DNA of 64,000 nucleotides from Dehalococcoidia bacterium (GCA_965203165.1 OZ241849.1:2093786-2157785); one strand, 5' to 3'. Shown: positions 50,243-61,151, counted from the stretch's first letter. The notes: generated by a model not told the origin, from the letters alone. Made by a program: numbers and translations.

Positions 50243-51950
50243 GCTGCTGCAAGCGCTGGTCGACGCCTGGCGCCAGCCGGACGTCCGCCAGAAGCTGGCC
50301 TTCACCCTCGCCATGCTGGTGGTTTTCCGGCTCGTCGCGCACGTGCCGATCCCCGACATCAACAAAACCCAGCTCGAAAACGCGCTCGACAACAACCCCG
50401 TCCTCGGCTTCCTCAACCTCTTCTCCGGCGGCGGGCTGGACAACCTCTCGATCGTCGCGCTCGGCGTCTACCCCTACATCACCGCCTCGATCGTGATGAA
50501 CCTGCTCCAGCCGATGATCCCCAAGCTCCAGGCCCTCGCCCAGGAAGGCGAGACCGGGCGCAACCGCATCCAGCTCTACACCTACTGGCTCGCCATCCCG
50601 ATGTCGATCGTCCAGGGCTACGGCCAGCTGATCCTGCTCGAAAACGCGCGCGCGATCACCGGCATCGGCTTCGGCCCCGATGAGTGGCTGCCCACCGTCT
50701 CCGCGATCATCACCATGACCGCGGGCACCATGTTCCTGATCTGGCTGGGCGAGCTGATCACCGAAAAAGGCGTCGGCAACGGCATCTCCCTGATCATCTT
50801 CGCCGGCATCATCGCCAGCTTCCCGACGCTGTTCAACTCCGTCGGCCAGAGCGACATCGGCTGGTCCGGCATCGCCGTCGTGATCGCCATCGCCATCGCG
50901 CTCGTCGCCCTGATCGTTTTCTTCCAGGAAGCGCAGCGGCGCATCCCCGTCCAATACGCCCGCAGCGTCTTCAGAGGCGGGCGCATGTACCGCCAGAGCG
51001 GGCAGAGCTACATCCCCCTGCGCGTCAACAGCGCCGGCATGATCCCGCTGATCTTCGCCTTCTCGATCATCATCTTCCCCTCCGTGCTGGCCGGCTGGAT
51101 TACCGGCGCGGCGGGCGAAGAGAGCCAGACCCGCGCCGCCGTCGAGGTCCCCTTCGCCTCGCTCGACTCCGACGAGCGGCTCAACACGCTGCTCCCCGAG
51201 CTCGCCGCGAGCGGCCTCTTCCTCGTCAACGAGGCCGAAATCTCCTGGAACGCGGAGGCGGACACGTTCGACGACGTACTCGAGCGGATCAACCAGGCCA
51301 GCGACGCGAACGTGCTGACCCGCGTCGAGACCCGCTCCGACCCGACGGGCGGCGAGCCGCTCACCACCTGGCGAATCGACAACAACGCGATCGGCACCGA
51401 GCCGATCACGCTGCAGGACCTCGAGGGCAACTTCATCGCGCTCACCGACATCCCCACGCACGAAGAAGAGCCCGACAACCCGCTCACGCCCGACTTCGCC
51501 GAAGGCCAGACGCTCGGCGAGCGCCCCGGCTGGGTCGTCCGCGTCGCCGACTGGGTGCAGATCAACTTCTCGCCCGGCCGCCCGCTCTACTGGGCGCTCT
51601 CCTTCGTGCTCGTCGTCGCCTTCACCTTCTTCTACACTTTCGTCACGTTCCAGCAGCAGAATCTGGCGGAGAACCTCCAGAAGCAGGGCGGCTTCATCCC
51701 CGGCATCCGACCCGGACGCCCCACGCAGGACTACATCAACCGCGTCCTCTCCCGAATCACCTGGGCCGGCGCGCTCTTCCTCGGCTTCGTCGCCGTCGTC
51801 CCCTTCCTCGCCACCGAGTTCATCCCCGACAGCACCGCTCTCACCATCTCCAGCACCGGCCTGCTGATCGTCGTGGGCGTCGCGCTCGACACCATGCGCC
51901 AGATCGAGGCCCAACTGCTCATGCGCAACTACGAGGGATTCATCCGATGA
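50202..51950 (+). CDS. secY: preprotein translocase SecY, carrying a ~155-aa insertion in the TM7-TM8 loop (582 aa)
   Basis: Canonical SecY blocks (GGLDNLSIVALGVYPYITASIVMNLL; IPLRVNSAGMIPLIFAFSII; ENLQKQGGFIPGIRPGRPT). Between them, aa ~302-458, sits an acidic soluble segment with no counterpart in standard SecY. Confidence 0.9.
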   Translation: MQRAQTAAGPTRPKLLQALVDAWRQPDVRQKLAFTLAMLVVFRLVAHVPIPDINKTQLENALDNNPVLGFLNLFSGGGLDNLSIVALGVYPYITASIVMNLLQPMIPKLQALAQEGETGRNRIQLYTYWLAIPMSIVQGYGQLILLENARAITGIGFGPDEWLPTVSAIITMTAGTMFLIWLGELITEKGVGNGISLIIFAGIIASFPTLFNSVGQSDIGWSGIAVVIAIAIALVALIVFFQEAQRRIPVQYARSVFRGGRMYRQSGQSYIPLRVNSAGMIPLIFAFSIIIFPSVLAGWITGAAGEESQTRAAVEVPFASLDSDERLNTLLPELAASGLFLVNEAEISWNAEADTFDDVLERINQASDANVLTRVETRSDPTGGEPLTTWRIDNNAIGTEPITLQDLEGNFIALTDIPTHEEEPDNPLTPDFAEGQTLGERPGWVVRVADWVQINFSPGRPLYWALSFVLVVAFTFFYTFVTFQQQNLAENLQKQGGFIPGIRPGRPTQDYINRVLSRITWAGALFLGFVAVVPFLATEFIPDSTALTISSTGLLIVVGVALDTMRQIEAQLLMRNYEGFIR

Positions 51951-52594
51951 GCACTTACGTCATCCTGCTCGGCCCGCCCGGCGCGGGTAAAGGCACCCAG
52001 GCCGTCAACCTCGCCGAGCGCACCGGACTGCTCCACCTCGCCACCGGCGACATGTTCCGCGAAAACGTGCGCAACCAGACGGAGCTGGGGATGGAAGCGC
52101 AGCGCTATATGGAGCGCGGCGAGCTGGTGCCGGACGAGCTGACGATCTCGATGCTGCTGGATCGGCTCAACCGCGAAGACGCGCAACTCGGCAGCCTGCT
52201 CGACGGCTTCCCGCGCACCACCGAACAGGCCGAGGCGCTTGACGCCGCCCTGGCGGAACAGGACGCCGAAATCGCCGCCGCGCTGCTGATCGAGGTCGCC
52301 AACGACGAAGTCCTCCGTCGCCTCGGCGGGCGCTGGAGCTGCCCCGATTGCGGCGCGGTGTTCCACGCGGTCTTCTCGCCGCCGCAGGTCGAGGGCACCT
52401 GCGACCGCTGCCCGGGCGCGCTGATCCAGCGCGACGACGACCAGCCGGAGGCGATCCGCCGACGGCTCGATGTCTACGCTCAGCAGACCGCCCCGCTGAT
52501 CGACTATTACGAGCGCAGCGGCAAGCTGCGCCGGGTCAACGGCGCGCGCGAGCCCGACGCCGTGGGCGCGGACCTCCTGGCCGCGCTCGAATAG
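51947..52594 (+). CDS. adk: adenylate kinase (long lid with Cys4 zinc knuckle)
   Basis: ILLGPPGAGKGTQA; CPDCG...CDRCPG lid. ATGA overlap with secY. Confidence 0.97.
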   Translation: MSTYVILLGPPGAGKGTQAVNLAERTGLLHLATGDMFRENVRNQTELGMEAQRYMERGELVPDELTISMLLDRLNREDAQLGSLLDGFPRTTEQAEALDAALAEQDAEIAAALLIEVANDEVLRRLGGRWSCPDCGAVFHAVFSPPQVEGTCDRCPGALIQRDDDQPEAIRRRLDVYAQQTAPLIDYYERSGKLRRVNGAREPDAVGADLLAALE

Positions 52595-52619
52595 ACCCGC
52601 TAGAACGCGAACGTAACGC

Positions 52620-53396
52620 ATGGCCCTCGACGCCCAACCCCGCCAGGTCATTCTGAAGACTGCTGCGCAGATCGCGGAGATGCGCGTGCCCGGGCAGCTG
52701 GTCGGCGAGACGCTGGTCGAACTGCGCCAGATGGCCCGGCCGGGGATGACGCTGGCCGAACTGGACCGCTACGTGCTGGACAAATTCGAGCGGCTCGGCG
52801 CAACCCCCACATTCCTGGGCTACCACGGCTTCCCTCACACGATCTGCGCCTCGGTCAACGAACAGATCGTGCACGGCTTCGCCACCGAGCGCCGCCTCTG
52901 CGAGGGCGACATCCTCTCCATCGACCTGGGTGCCACGATCGACGGCTGGGTGGGAGATTCCGCCGTCACCTTCGGCATCGGCGGCATCAGCGCCGAGGCG
53001 GAGCGGCTGCTGCAAGTAACCAAAGAGTCGCTCCAGGCGGGCATCGACGCCTCGCGTGTCCCAGTTCGCAAAGGCGACATCGGCGCAGCGATCCAGGAGG
53101 TGATAGAATCAGCGGGCTATGGCGTGGTGCGCGGCTACGTCGGACACGGCGTGGGCCGCGATATGCACGAAGCGCCGAACATGCCCAACCACGGACGACG
53201 CGGAGCGGGCATGAGGATGCGGCCCGGTATGGTGCTGGCGCTGGAGCCGATGGCCACCCTCGGCGACCCGGCCACCACCGTGCTGGACGACGGCTGGACG
53301 GTGTCTACGAAGGACGGCAGCCTCTCTGCCCACTTCGAGCACACCATCGCAATCCGCGAGTCCGGCCCGGCCGAAATCCTGACGCTCGCCGACTGA
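52620..53396 (+). CDS. map: methionine aminopeptidase type I
   Basis: D.L.ID.GA..DGW.GDSA.TF..G; HGVG...HE.P; metal-ligand pattern. Confidence 0.95.
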   Translation: MALDAQPRQVILKTAAQIAEMRVPGQLVGETLVELRQMARPGMTLAELDRYVLDKFERLGATPTFLGYHGFPHTICASVNEQIVHGFATERRLCEGDILSIDLGATIDGWVGDSAVTFGIGGISAEAERLLQVTKESLQAGIDASRVPVRKGDIGAAIQEVIESAGYGVVRGYVGHGVGRDMHEAPNMPNHGRRGAGMRMRPGMVLALEPMATLGDPATTVLDDGWTVSTKDGSLSAHFEHTIAIRESGPAEILTLAD

Positions 53397-53426
53397 CCAC
53401 ACAGGCGGTCGGCAGAGAGGAGTCGC

Positions 53427-53705
53427 GTGGCGAGAAAGAGTTCCGGCAACCGCCGCGGTCAACGCGCCCCGCGCCCCGCGCCTGTGCCCAAGCAGGAAAA
53501 AATCGAGGTGGAGGGCGTCGTCCGCGAACCGCTGCCGAACGCTACCTTCCGCGTCCAACTGCCCAACGGGCACGAGGTGCTCGCTCACCTCGCCGGCAAA
53601 ATGCGGCAGAACCACATCCGCGTACTGCGCGGCGACCGCGTCTTGGTCGAACTCTCCGAATACGACCTCACCCGTGGGCGCGTCGTCTACCGCTTTAAGA
53701 ACTGA
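53427..53705 (+). CDS. infA: translation initiation factor IF-1, with a ~20-aa basic N-terminal extension
   Basis: [45 protein letters not shown]. Confidence 0.88.
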   Translation: MARKSSGNRRGQRAPRPAPVPKQEKIEVEGVVREPLPNATFRVQLPNGHEVLAHLAGKMRQNHIRVLRGDRVLVELSEYDLTRGRVVYRFKN

Positions 53706-53721
53706 ACGGAGGAGCAGCGAA

Positions 53722-54102
53722 ATGGCCCGAATCTCCGGCGTGGATGTGCCCGACGACAAGCGGCTGCCCTACGCGCTGCGCTACATCTACGGCGTGGGAC
53801 CCACCCGCGCCAACGAAATCATCCACAAGGCGCAACTCGATCCGCAGCGTCGCATGCGCGAGCTGACCGACGGCGAACTCTCGCTCCTGCGCGAGATCAT
53901 CGACCGCGACTACCTCGTCGAGGGCGACCTGCGCCGCATCGTGCGCCAGAACGTGCAGCGCCTGATCGACATCAACTGCTACCGCGGGCAGCGCCATCGC
54001 CGCAACCTACCGATGCGCGGCCAACGCACCCGCACCAACGCCCGCACCCGCCGCGGCGCCAAAAAGACCGTCGCCGGCCGCCGCCGCGCCGTCAAGCGCT
54101 AG
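53722..54102 (+). CDS. rpsM: 30S ribosomal protein S13
   Basis: ARI.GVD.P..KR...AL..IYG.G. Internal ATG 53722. Confidence 0.96.
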   Translation: MARISGVDVPDDKRLPYALRYIYGVGPTRANEIIHKAQLDPQRRMRELTDGELSLLREIIDRDYLVEGDLRRIVRQNVQRLIDINCYRGQRHRRNLPMRGQRTRTNARTRRGAKKTVAGRRRAVKR

Positions 54103-54122
54103 TCCCGAAAGGACCCACAACC

Positions 54123-54524
54123 ATGGTCACCCAACGAGGCGGGCAGCGCCGCGGCCGCCGCCGCGAACGCAAAAATATCCCCCACGGACGCGCCTACATC
54201 CAGTCCACCTTCAACAACACCATCATCACCATGACCGACCTCAACGGTGACACCGTCGCCTGGAGCAGCGCCGGCTCCACCGGCGGCACCCGCGGCTCAC
54301 GCAAAGGCACACCCTTCGCCGCACAGCTGGCGGCCGAAGACGCCGCCCAGAAAGCCATGGCCAACGGCATGCGCGAGGTTGATGTCTATGTCAAAGGCCC
54401 GGGCAGCGGGCGCGAGTCCGCCGTCCGCGCGCTCCAGGCCGCCGGCCTGGTGCTGCTCTCGATCCGCGATGTCACGCCCATTCCGCACAACGGCTGCCGC
54501 CCGCGCAAGCGACGGCGCGCCTGA
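54123..54524 (+). CDS. rpsK: 30S ribosomal protein S11
   Basis: [17 protein letters not shown]....WSSAG...F.GSRK.TPFAAQ. Confidence 0.97.
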   Translation: MVTQRGGQRRGRRRERKNIPHGRAYIQSTFNNTIITMTDLNGDTVAWSSAGSTGGTRGSRKGTPFAAQLAAEDAAQKAMANGMREVDVYVKGPGSGRESAVRALQAAGLVLLSIRDVTPIPHNGCRPRKRRRA

Positions 54525-54550
54525 GCCGAACCCGAACAGGAGACGAGCCA

Positions 54551-55177
54551 ATGGCGCGATACACCGGTCCGGTCTGCCGCATCTGCCGCCGCGCAGGCGA
54601 AAAGCTCTTCCTCAAGGGCGAGCGCTGCAACACGCCCAAGTGCGCCATCGACCGGCGCAACCAGCCGCCCGGACAGCGCTCCCCGCGCCGCCGCAAGGTC
54701 TCCGACTACGGCATCCAGGTCAAGGAAAAACAGAAGGTCCGTAAGACCTACGGCGTGCTCGAACGCCAGTTCCGCAAGATGTTCCGCGAGGCCAACCGAC
54801 GTCCCGGCGCCACGGGCGACAACCTGCTGCGCATGCTCGAGCTGCGCCTCGACAACGTCGTCTACCGACTCGGCATTGCGGAGTCGCGCGCGCAGGCTCG
54901 ACAACTGGTCCGCCACGGGCACATTACGCTCAACGGGCGGCGAGCCGACATTCCCTCGATCGAGACGAAGGTCGGCGACAAAATCGGCTGGACCGAGCGT
55001 GGGCGCAAGTCGAAGTTCTACGAAATGTCGCGCGAATGGCAGGGCGGCCGCGAGCGCCCCGGCTGGCTGCACTTCGACCCCGGCCAGCTCGAGGGCCAAC
55101 TGACCGCCGTGCCGATGCGCGAAGACATCGACATGCGCGTTGATGAAAACGCGATCGTCGAGTACTACTCGCGCTAA
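54551..55177 (+). CDS. rpsD: 30S ribosomal protein S4 (with N-terminal Cys4 zinc-finger)
   Basis: ARYTGP.CR.CRR.G.KLFLKGERC...KCA; S4 RNA-binding domain. Confidence 0.96.
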   Translation: MARYTGPVCRICRRAGEKLFLKGERCNTPKCAIDRRNQPPGQRSPRRRKVSDYGIQVKEKQKVRKTYGVLERQFRKMFREANRRPGATGDNLLRMLELRLDNVVYRLGIAESRAQARQLVRHGHITLNGRRADIPSIETKVGDKIGWTERGRKSKFYEMSREWQGGRERPGWLHFDPGQLEGQLTAVPMREDIDMRVDENAIVEYYSR

Positions 55178-55242
55178 CGCGCGACTGGCACGCCGCCCCG
55201 TCGCACGCGCGGCGGGGCCGACCAAGGAGGGCTCAGGCCACA

Positions 55243-56394
55243 GTGGTTTCGCAGCACGACACCCCGAAGATCAACATCGAGGAAGCCGGCGCCGCCTACG
55301 CGCGCATCACCGCCGCCCCGCTGGCGCGTGGCTTCGCGCACACGCTCGGCAACGCCATCCGCCGCGTGCTGCTCTCCGCCATCCGCGGCGCGGCCGTCAC
55401 CTCTGTGCGGATCGACCAGGCTCAGCACGAGTTCTCCACCATCCCCGCGATGAAGGAAGATACCACCGAGTTCCTGCTCAACCTGCGCAGCATCCGGCTC
55501 CGCGCCTTGGCCGACCGCCCGGCCGAAATGACGCTCATCGCCAGCGGACAGCGCGAGATCACAGCGTCCGACATCGAAGTGCCGGCCGACTACGAGATCG
55601 TCAACCCCGACCTCTACTTGGCCACGCTCGATGCGCCCGACGCTGAACTCAGCGTGCGCATGAATGTGCAGACCGGCTACGGCTTCCAGCGCTCGGAGAT
55701 GAACCCGAACGGCGAATCGCTGATCGGCGTGATCCCGCTCGACGCCGTTTTTACCCCCGTTCGCCGCGTCTCCTACGAAGTCCATCCGGCCGGTGGCGGC
55801 CAGAGCGAAGGCGCCGGACTCGAACAGATGACGCTCGAAGTCTGGACCGACGGCAGCATCACCGGCAAAGATGCGATCAAGTCCGCCGCCCAGCTGCTCC
55901 AGGATGAGCTGGCCATGTTCGCCACGCTGGGCGACCCGCTCGCGCCCCGCCAGATCGAGCCCAACGAGCGGCTGGGCATCTCGACCGAGGACTACAACCG
56001 CTCGATCGACGACCTGCAGCTCTCCGTCCGCGCGCACAACTGCCTCAAGCGCAGCGGTCTGCTGATCGTGGGCCAAATCCTCGAGAAATCCGAAGACGAT
56101 CTGCTCACCCTGCGCAACTTCGGCGAGAAATCCTACGTCGAGCTGGTCGAGCGGTTGTTTGAGATGGGTCTGATCGACGAGCTCGACCCGCGCCTGCGTC
56201 GCGCCCGCGAGGGCGTGTTCGTGCCGACCGACGACGAGCCGCTCACGGAACTGCCGCCGCTGCCCGACGACTCGGATGCCGAGGCGGAGCGAATCATCAC
56301 CGATGCGCCGCCGCTCGACGGCGAAGAAGAGCCGGCCAGCCCGCTCGGCGCAGCCCTGCTCGAGGCGCTGCGCAAAGCCCAGCCCAGCGAATAG
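55243..56394 (+). CDS. rpoA: DNA-directed RNA polymerase alpha subunit, acidic C-terminal extension
   Basis: alpha-NTD (GFAHTLGNAIRRVLLS), alpha-CTD (DLQLSVRAHNCLKRSGLLIVGQIL). GTG start. Confidence 0.95.
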   Translation: MVSQHDTPKINIEEAGAAYARITAAPLARGFAHTLGNAIRRVLLSAIRGAAVTSVRIDQAQHEFSTIPAMKEDTTEFLLNLRSIRLRALADRPAEMTLIASGQREITASDIEVPADYEIVNPDLYLATLDAPDAELSVRMNVQTGYGFQRSEMNPNGESLIGVIPLDAVFTPVRRVSYEVHPAGGGQSEGAGLEQMTLEVWTDGSITGKDAIKSAAQLLQDELAMFATLGDPLAPRQIEPNERLGISTEDYNRSIDDLQLSVRAHNCLKRSGLLIVGQILEKSEDDLLTLRNFGEKSYVELVERLFEMGLIDELDPRLRRAREGVFVPTDDEPLTELPPLPDDSDAEAERIITDAPPLDGEEEPASPLGAALLEALRKAQPSE

Positions 56395-56406
56395 AAAGGC
56401 TCCGCC

Positions 56407-56829
56407 ATGCGCCACCGTAAAGCCGGCCGCGCCCTCAGCCGCAGCCGTTCGCACCGCGCCGCACTCGTCCGCAACCAGGTCACCGACCTCCTCCGCCACG
56501 AAGCCATCGTCACCACCGAGGCCAAGGCCAAGTCGATCCGCCCCGTCGCCGAGCGCATGATCACCCTCGGCAAGCGCGGCACACTCCACGCCCGCCGCCA
56601 GGCCGCCGCCGTGCTGACCGACAAAAAAATCGTGCGGCGCCTCTTCGACGAAGTCGCCCCACGCTTCGAAGACCGCCCCGGCGGCTACACCCGCATCATC
56701 AAGCTGGGCCCGCGCCGCGGCGACGGCGCGGCCATGGCCCACATCGAGCTCGTCGAGCGCGCCGCCTCCGAACCGGCCGCAGCAGACACCGACGACGAAG
56801 CTGAAGCGAGCGAGCAGTCCCCCGCGTGA
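56407..56829 (+). CDS. rplQ: 50S ribosomal protein L17
   Basis: [11 protein letters not shown]...HR.AL.RN. Confidence 0.95.
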   Translation: MRHRKAGRALSRSRSHRAALVRNQVTDLLRHEAIVTTEAKAKSIRPVAERMITLGKRGTLHARRQAAAVLTDKKIVRRLFDEVAPRFEDRPGGYTRIIKLGPRRGDGAAMAHIELVERAASEPAAADTDDEAEASEQSPA

Positions 56830-57635
56830 CCGCAACCCACCGCCTCGCCCTGCTGCTGGAGTACGACGGCTCGGCCTTCGCCGGCTCGCAGTGGCAGCCC
56901 GGCCTGCCCACCGTGCAGGGCGCCCTGCGCGAAGCCGTGGAACAGCTCACCCGCGAGCAACGCCCCGTATCGCTCGCCGGCCGCACCGATGCCGGCGTGC
57001 ACGCCCTCGGGCAGGTCGCCTCCTTCGAGGCCGCGCGCGAGCTGCCGCCACGCCGCTGGCTGCACGGACTCAACCACTTCCTGCCCGCCGCGCTGGCCGT
57101 GCGGGCCGTCCAATGCGTCGCGCCCGATTTCGACCCGCGCCGCTGCGCCCGCGAGCGCGAATACCGCTACGAGCTGCTGGTCGCTCCACAGCGCCGCCCG
57201 CTCGGCGAGCAGCGCGCCTGGCGCGTGCCGCCCCCGTTCTCGCTCGAAGCAGCCCGCGCCGCGCTGCGACTGCTGCACGGCCGGCGCGACTTCGCCGCCT
57301 TCACCACCACCGACCAGCAGCGCCCCACCGTGCGCCGCATGCGCCGTACCGCTATTGACGCTATCGACGCAAGCGGCGAACGCTATACGCTGACCTTCGC
57401 GGCCGACGCCTTCCTCCAACACCAGGTGCGGCGGATGGTCGGCGCGATCGTCGAGACAGCCTGCGGGCGCGCCTCCCTGGATGCGTTCCGCGCAACGCTC
57501 AACGCGGCGATCCCCGGCTCCGCCGCGCCCACCGCCCCCGCGAAGGGTTTGACCTTGGCCGCCGTTCGCTACGATCAAGCGACGCTGCCCGAATGGAAGA
57601 CTGCCCATGTCGACAACTGTCCTCAACCCGCGTGA
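56826..57635 (+). CDS. truA: tRNA pseudouridine(38-40) synthase TruA
   Basis: YDGS.F.G.Q.Q....TVQG.L..A......[11 protein letters not shown]. Overlaps rplQ and rplM. Confidence 0.9.
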   Translation: MTATHRLALLLEYDGSAFAGSQWQPGLPTVQGALREAVEQLTREQRPVSLAGRTDAGVHALGQVASFEAARELPPRRWLHGLNHFLPAALAVRAVQCVAPDFDPRRCAREREYRYELLVAPQRRPLGEQRAWRVPPPFSLEAARAALRLLHGRRDFAAFTTTDQQRPTVRRMRRTAIDAIDASGERYTLTFAADAFLQHQVRRMVGAIVETACGRASLDAFRATLNAAIPGSAAPTAPAKGLTLAAVRYDQATLPEWKTAHVDNCPQPA

Positions 57636-58038
57636 TGTCGAGCGCCGCTGGCACGTGATCGACGCCGCCGAGCGCCCGCTCGGACGCCTCGCCACACAAA
57701 TCGCCACCCTGCTGCGCGGCAAACACAAGCCCGCCTTCCACCCCTCCCAGGATGTCGGCGACTACGTCGTCGTCGTCAACGCCGCCAAAGTCGCCGTCAC
57801 CGGCCGCAAGCTCGAGCAGAAAATCTACTACCGACACTCCGGACACCTCGGCAGCCTGCGCGAAACCACGCTCAAGGAAATGCTCGAAAAGCGCCCCGAG
57901 CGCGTCATCGAGCACGCCGTGCGCGGCATGCTGCCCAAAAACAAGCTCGGCCGCCGACAATACCGCCACCTGCGCGTCTACCCCGGCGCCGAGCACCCCC
58001 ACGCCGGCCAGACAGCCGACCAGACCGACGCCAACTGA
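57607..58038 (+). CDS. rplM: 50S ribosomal protein L13
   Basis: W.V.DA....LGRLA..IA..L.GKHKP.F.P..D.GD.VVV.NA. Confidence 0.95.
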   Translation: MSTTVLNPRDVERRWHVIDAAERPLGRLATQIATLLRGKHKPAFHPSQDVGDYVVVVNAAKVAVTGRKLEQKIYYRHSGHLGSLRETTLKEMLEKRPERVIEHAVRGMLPKNKLGRRQYRHLRVYPGAEHPHAGQTADQTDAN

Positions 58039-58054
58039 CGAAGCGGAGCAGCCC

Positions 58055-58456
58055 ATGACCACCATGACCGGCCACTATCACTACGGCCTCGGCCGGCGCA
58101 AAAACTCGATCGCTCGCGTCCGGCTCTACGCCGGCGACGGCACAATCATCATCAACGGCAAGCCCGCCGAGGAGTGGTTCTCGCGCGAGGAGCAGCGCCG
58201 CCTGATCAAAGAGCCCCTCTTCCACACTGGCATGCAAAACAGCTTCAGCGCGCAGGTCAAGTGCAGCGGCGGCGGCCGCACCGGCTGGGCCGGCGCCATC
58301 CGCCTCGGCATCGCCCGCGCGCTGCTCGCCTCCGACGAAAACCTCCGCCGCCCCCTCCGCCAGGCCGGCATGCTCACCCGCGACCCCAGAGCCAAGGAGC
58401 GCAAAAAGCCCGGCCTGAAGCGCGCCCGCAAAGCCCCCCAGTACACCAAGCGCTAA
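58055..58456 (+). CDS. rpsI: 30S ribosomal protein S9
   Basis: Y.GLGRRK.S.ARV.L..G.G.I.ING; C-terminal ...KKPGLKRARKAPQYTKR. Confidence 0.96.
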   Translation: MTTMTGHYHYGLGRRKNSIARVRLYAGDGTIIINGKPAEEWFSREEQRRLIKEPLFHTGMQNSFSAQVKCSGGGRTGWAGAIRLGIARALLASDENLRRPLRQAGMLTRDPRAKERKKPGLKRARKAPQYTKR

Positions 58457-58473
58457 CCCGCGCCCACACTTCA

Positions 58474-58660
58474 GAGCTCCGCCACCCCCGCGCATCTACC
58501 CCCCCCCAAGCAGCTCCACCACCCCCGCGCAGCTAGCTCCGCCACCCCCGCTCAAGCAGCTCCGTCCCCCCGCGCGAGCAGCTCCGTCATACCCGCGCGA
58601 GTAGATCCGTCATATCCGCGCAACCAGCTCCGTCATACCCGCGCTTGCCGCGGGTATCTC
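58474..58660. repeat. degenerate tandem repeat array (units ~22-26 nt, AGCTCCGYCAYACCCGCGC...), ending in a perfect 9-bp hairpin, in the convergent rpsI/metK intergenic region
   Basis: Seven successive units, each beginning (C)AGCTCC / ATCCGTCA with a CCCCGCGC or ACCCGCGC core. The terminal ATACCCGCG-CTTGC-CGCGGGTAT lies at 58635-58657. Confidence 0.7.
58635..58657. terminator. candidate bidirectional terminator hairpin (perfect 9-bp stem, 5-nt loop) between convergent rpsI and metK; no U tract
   Basis: ATACCCGCG CTTGC CGCGGGTAT. Confidence 0.4.
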
Positions 58661-58671
58661 GCCGAAACCCC

Positions 58672-59892
58672 CTACAGCCCCACCCCCGCCCGCAACCCCC
58701 CGACCTCCCCCGTCGCCTCCCACGGCAGATCCAGATCCGCGCGCCCGAAGTGGCCGTAGGCCGCCGTCGGCTCGTACATCGGGCGCAGCAAATCCAGCTG
58801 CTCGATGATCGCCAGCGGGCGCAGGTCAAAGTGCTCCCGCACCAACCGCTCCAACTCCGCTTCCGCAATGTGCGCCGTGCCAAACGTCAGCAGCGTCAGC
58901 GAGGTCGGCTCCGGCCGCCCGATCGCATAGGAAAGCTGCACCTCGGCGCGGTCGGCGAGTTCGGCCGCCACGATGTTCTTCGCCACCCAGCGCGCCGCGT
59001 ATGCCCCGGAGCGATCCACCTTTGACGGATCCTTCCCCGAAAACGCCCCGCCGCCGTGCCGCGCGATCCCGCCGTACGTATCCACGATGATCTTCCGCCC
59101 CGTCAGCCCCGCGTCCGCCGCCGGCCCGCCCACGATGAAATTCCCCGCCGGGTTGATGAAATACTGCGTCTCGGCGTCCAGCAACTGCGGCGGAATCGTC
59201 GGCGCGATCACCTCATCCCGCATCGCGTGTTCGATCTGGCTGTGGCTCACAGCGGCCGTGTGCTGGGTGGAGACGACGACGGCCGACACGCGGTGCGGCC
59301 GACCCTCCGCGTATTCCACCGTCACCTGCGCCTTGCCGTCCGGGCGCAGCCAGGGCAGCTCGCCGCTCTTGCGCACCTGCGCCAGCCGCCGCGTCAGGCC
59401 GTCGGCCAGCCACAGCGGCGCGGGCATCAACGTCTCCGTCTCGTCGCACGCGAAGCCGATCATCATTCCCTGATCACCCGCGCCCTGTAGGTCGTAGGGA
59501 TCGTCCGAGTCCCCCGTCCGCGCCGCGCGCCGCAGACCCTCCGCGATATCCGGCGACTGCTGCTTCACCCGCACCACCACCTCGCACGACTCCGCGTCGA
59601 ACCCGATCGCCGGATCCGTGTACCCAATCCGACGCAGCACTCCGCGCGCAATCGCGTCGAAATCAATCTCCGCCTGCGTTGTGATCTCGCCGAAGATCAG
59701 TACGAAATCCGAAGACACCGCGACCTCGCAGGCCACATGCGAATCCCGATCCTGCGCCAGGCAGGCGTCCAGCACTGCGTCCGAAATCTGATCGCAGACC
59801 TTGTCCGGGTGCCCCTCCGTGACCGACTCCGAGGTCCAGCGGTCGCCGGGGAACCCGCTCGCTCCGCGCTGCGTCGTCTGCCGATCGGTCAT
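58672..59892 (-). CDS. metK: S-adenosylmethionine synthetase
   Basis: ESV.EGHPDK.CDQISDA.LDA; GAGDQG.M.G.A.DET..LMP; D.YGG...[10 protein letters not shown]. The ATG at 59892 overlaps the ahcY stop (ATGA). Confidence 0.97.
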   Translation of the reverse strand: MTDRQTTQRGASGFPGDRWTSESVTEGHPDKVCDQISDAVLDACLAQDRDSHVACEVAVSSDFVLIFGEITTQAEIDFDAIARGVLRRIGYTDPAIGFDAESCEVVVRVKQQSPDIAEGLRRAARTGDSDDPYDLQGAGDQGMMIGFACDETETLMPAPLWLADGLTRRLAQVRKSGELPWLRPDGKAQVTVEYAEGRPHRVSAVVVSTQHTAAVSHSQIEHAMRDEVIAPTIPPQLLDAETQYFINPAGNFIVGGPAADAGLTGRKIIVDTYGGIARHGGGAFSGKDPSKVDRSGAYAARWVAKNIVAAELADRAEVQLSYAIGRPEPTSLTLLTFGTAHIAEAELERLVREHFDLRPLAIIEQLDLLRPMYEPTAAYGHFGRADLDLPWEATGEVGGLRAGVGL

Positions 59893-61151
59893 GTGCCCGC
59901 ATCCCACGAGCGCAGGTAGCGCTCCTGCTCCGGCGTGAGCCGATCCAGCTGCACGCCCATCGCCGCCAGCTTAAGCGCTGCGACCTGTTCATCAATCTCC
60001 GCGGGCACATCCCAGACGCCCGCCGCCGGGCGCGGCTCCGTCCGCGCCAGATACTCAATCGCCAGCGCCTGATTTGCGAAGCTCATATCCATCACGCTGG
60101 CCGGGTGCCCCTCCGCTGCGGAGAGATTGACCAGCCGCCCCTCGGCGAGCAGGAGCAGTTCGCGCCCGTCGGTCGTGCGGTGCGCCGTCACGTAGGGCCG
60201 CGCCTCTCGCCGCTCCTCCGTCATCGCCTCCAGCGCATCCAAATTCACCTCGTGGTTGAAGTGCCCGGCATTCGCCAGAATCGCCCCCGACCGCATCCGC
60301 TCCAGGTGCGGCGCGTCGATCACGTGGATGTCTCCCGTCGTCGTCACAAACACATCCCCCACCCCGGCCGCCGCCTCCATCGTCTCCACCCGAAAGCCGT
60401 CCATCACCGCTTCCAGCGCTCGCAGCGGCGCGACCTCCGTCACGATCACCTGCGCGCCCAGCCCCCGCGCCCGCGACGCCACGCCACGCCCGCACCAGCC
60501 GTAGCCCGCCACTACCACCACCTTCCCCGCCAGCAGCAGATTCGTCGCCCGAATGATCCCGTCCAGCGCGCTCTGCCCCGTCCCGTAGCGATTGTCGAAC
60601 ATGTGCTTCGTCGCCGCGTCGTTCACCGCGATGATCGGATACCGCAGCGCGCCCTCCGCCGCCATCGCCCGCAGCCGAATCACCCCCGTCGTCGTCTCCT
60701 CGCAGCCCCCAATCACATCGCCCAGCAACTCTTGCCGCTCTCCGTGCAGCGTCGAAACCAGATCCGCCCCGTCGTCCACCGTGATCTGCGGAGCCGCATC
60801 CAGCGCCCGCCCGATGTGCTCGTAGTACTGCTCGTTGCTCTCTCCCTTGATCGCGAACACCGCCATCCCCGCGCGCTCCACCAGCGCCGCCGCCACCTCG
60901 TCCTGCGTCGAAAGCGGATTGCTCGCGCACAGCGTCACCTCCGCGCCGCCCTGCTGCAGCGCCAGCGCGAGATTGGCCGTCTCGGAGGTGACGTGCAGGC
61001 AGGCGCCGATGCGCAGACCGTCCAGCGGGCGCTCTCGCGCAAACCGCTCCCCGATCTGCGCGATCACCGGCATCTCCCGCGCCGCCCAGGCAATCCGCTG
61101 CTCGCCGGCGTCGGCCAGCCGACGCTCTCGAATGTCCGACTCCACGCTCAC
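59889..61151 (-). CDS. ahcY: adenosylhomocysteinase
   Basis: NAD-binding [12 protein letters not shown]; CEETTTGV; GHFN.E. Confidence 0.97.
   Translation of the reverse strand: MSVESDIRERRLADAGEQRIAWAAREMPVIAQIGERFARERPLDGLRIGACLHVTSETANLALALQQGGAEVTLCASNPLSTQDEVAAALVERAGMAVFAIKGESNEQYYEHIGRALDAAPQITVDDGADLVSTLHGERQELLGDVIGGCEETTTGVIRLRAMAAEGALRYPIIAVNDAATKHMFDNRYGTGQSALDGIIRATNLLLAGKVVVVAGYGWCGRGVASRARGLGAQVIVTEVAPLRALEAVMDGFRVETMEAAAGVGDVFVTTTGDIHVIDAPHLERMRSGAILANAGHFNHEVNLDALEAMTEERREARPYVTAHRTTDGRELLLLAEGRLVNLSAAEGHPASVMDMSFANQALAIEYLARTEPRPAAGVWDVPAEIDEQVAALKLAAMGVQLDRLTPEQERYLRSWDAGT

Noticed and set aside
59892-59907. SAM riboswitch upstream of metK
   Set aside because: The metK start overlaps the ahcY stop (ATGA), so there is no untranslated leader in which a riboswitch could sit.
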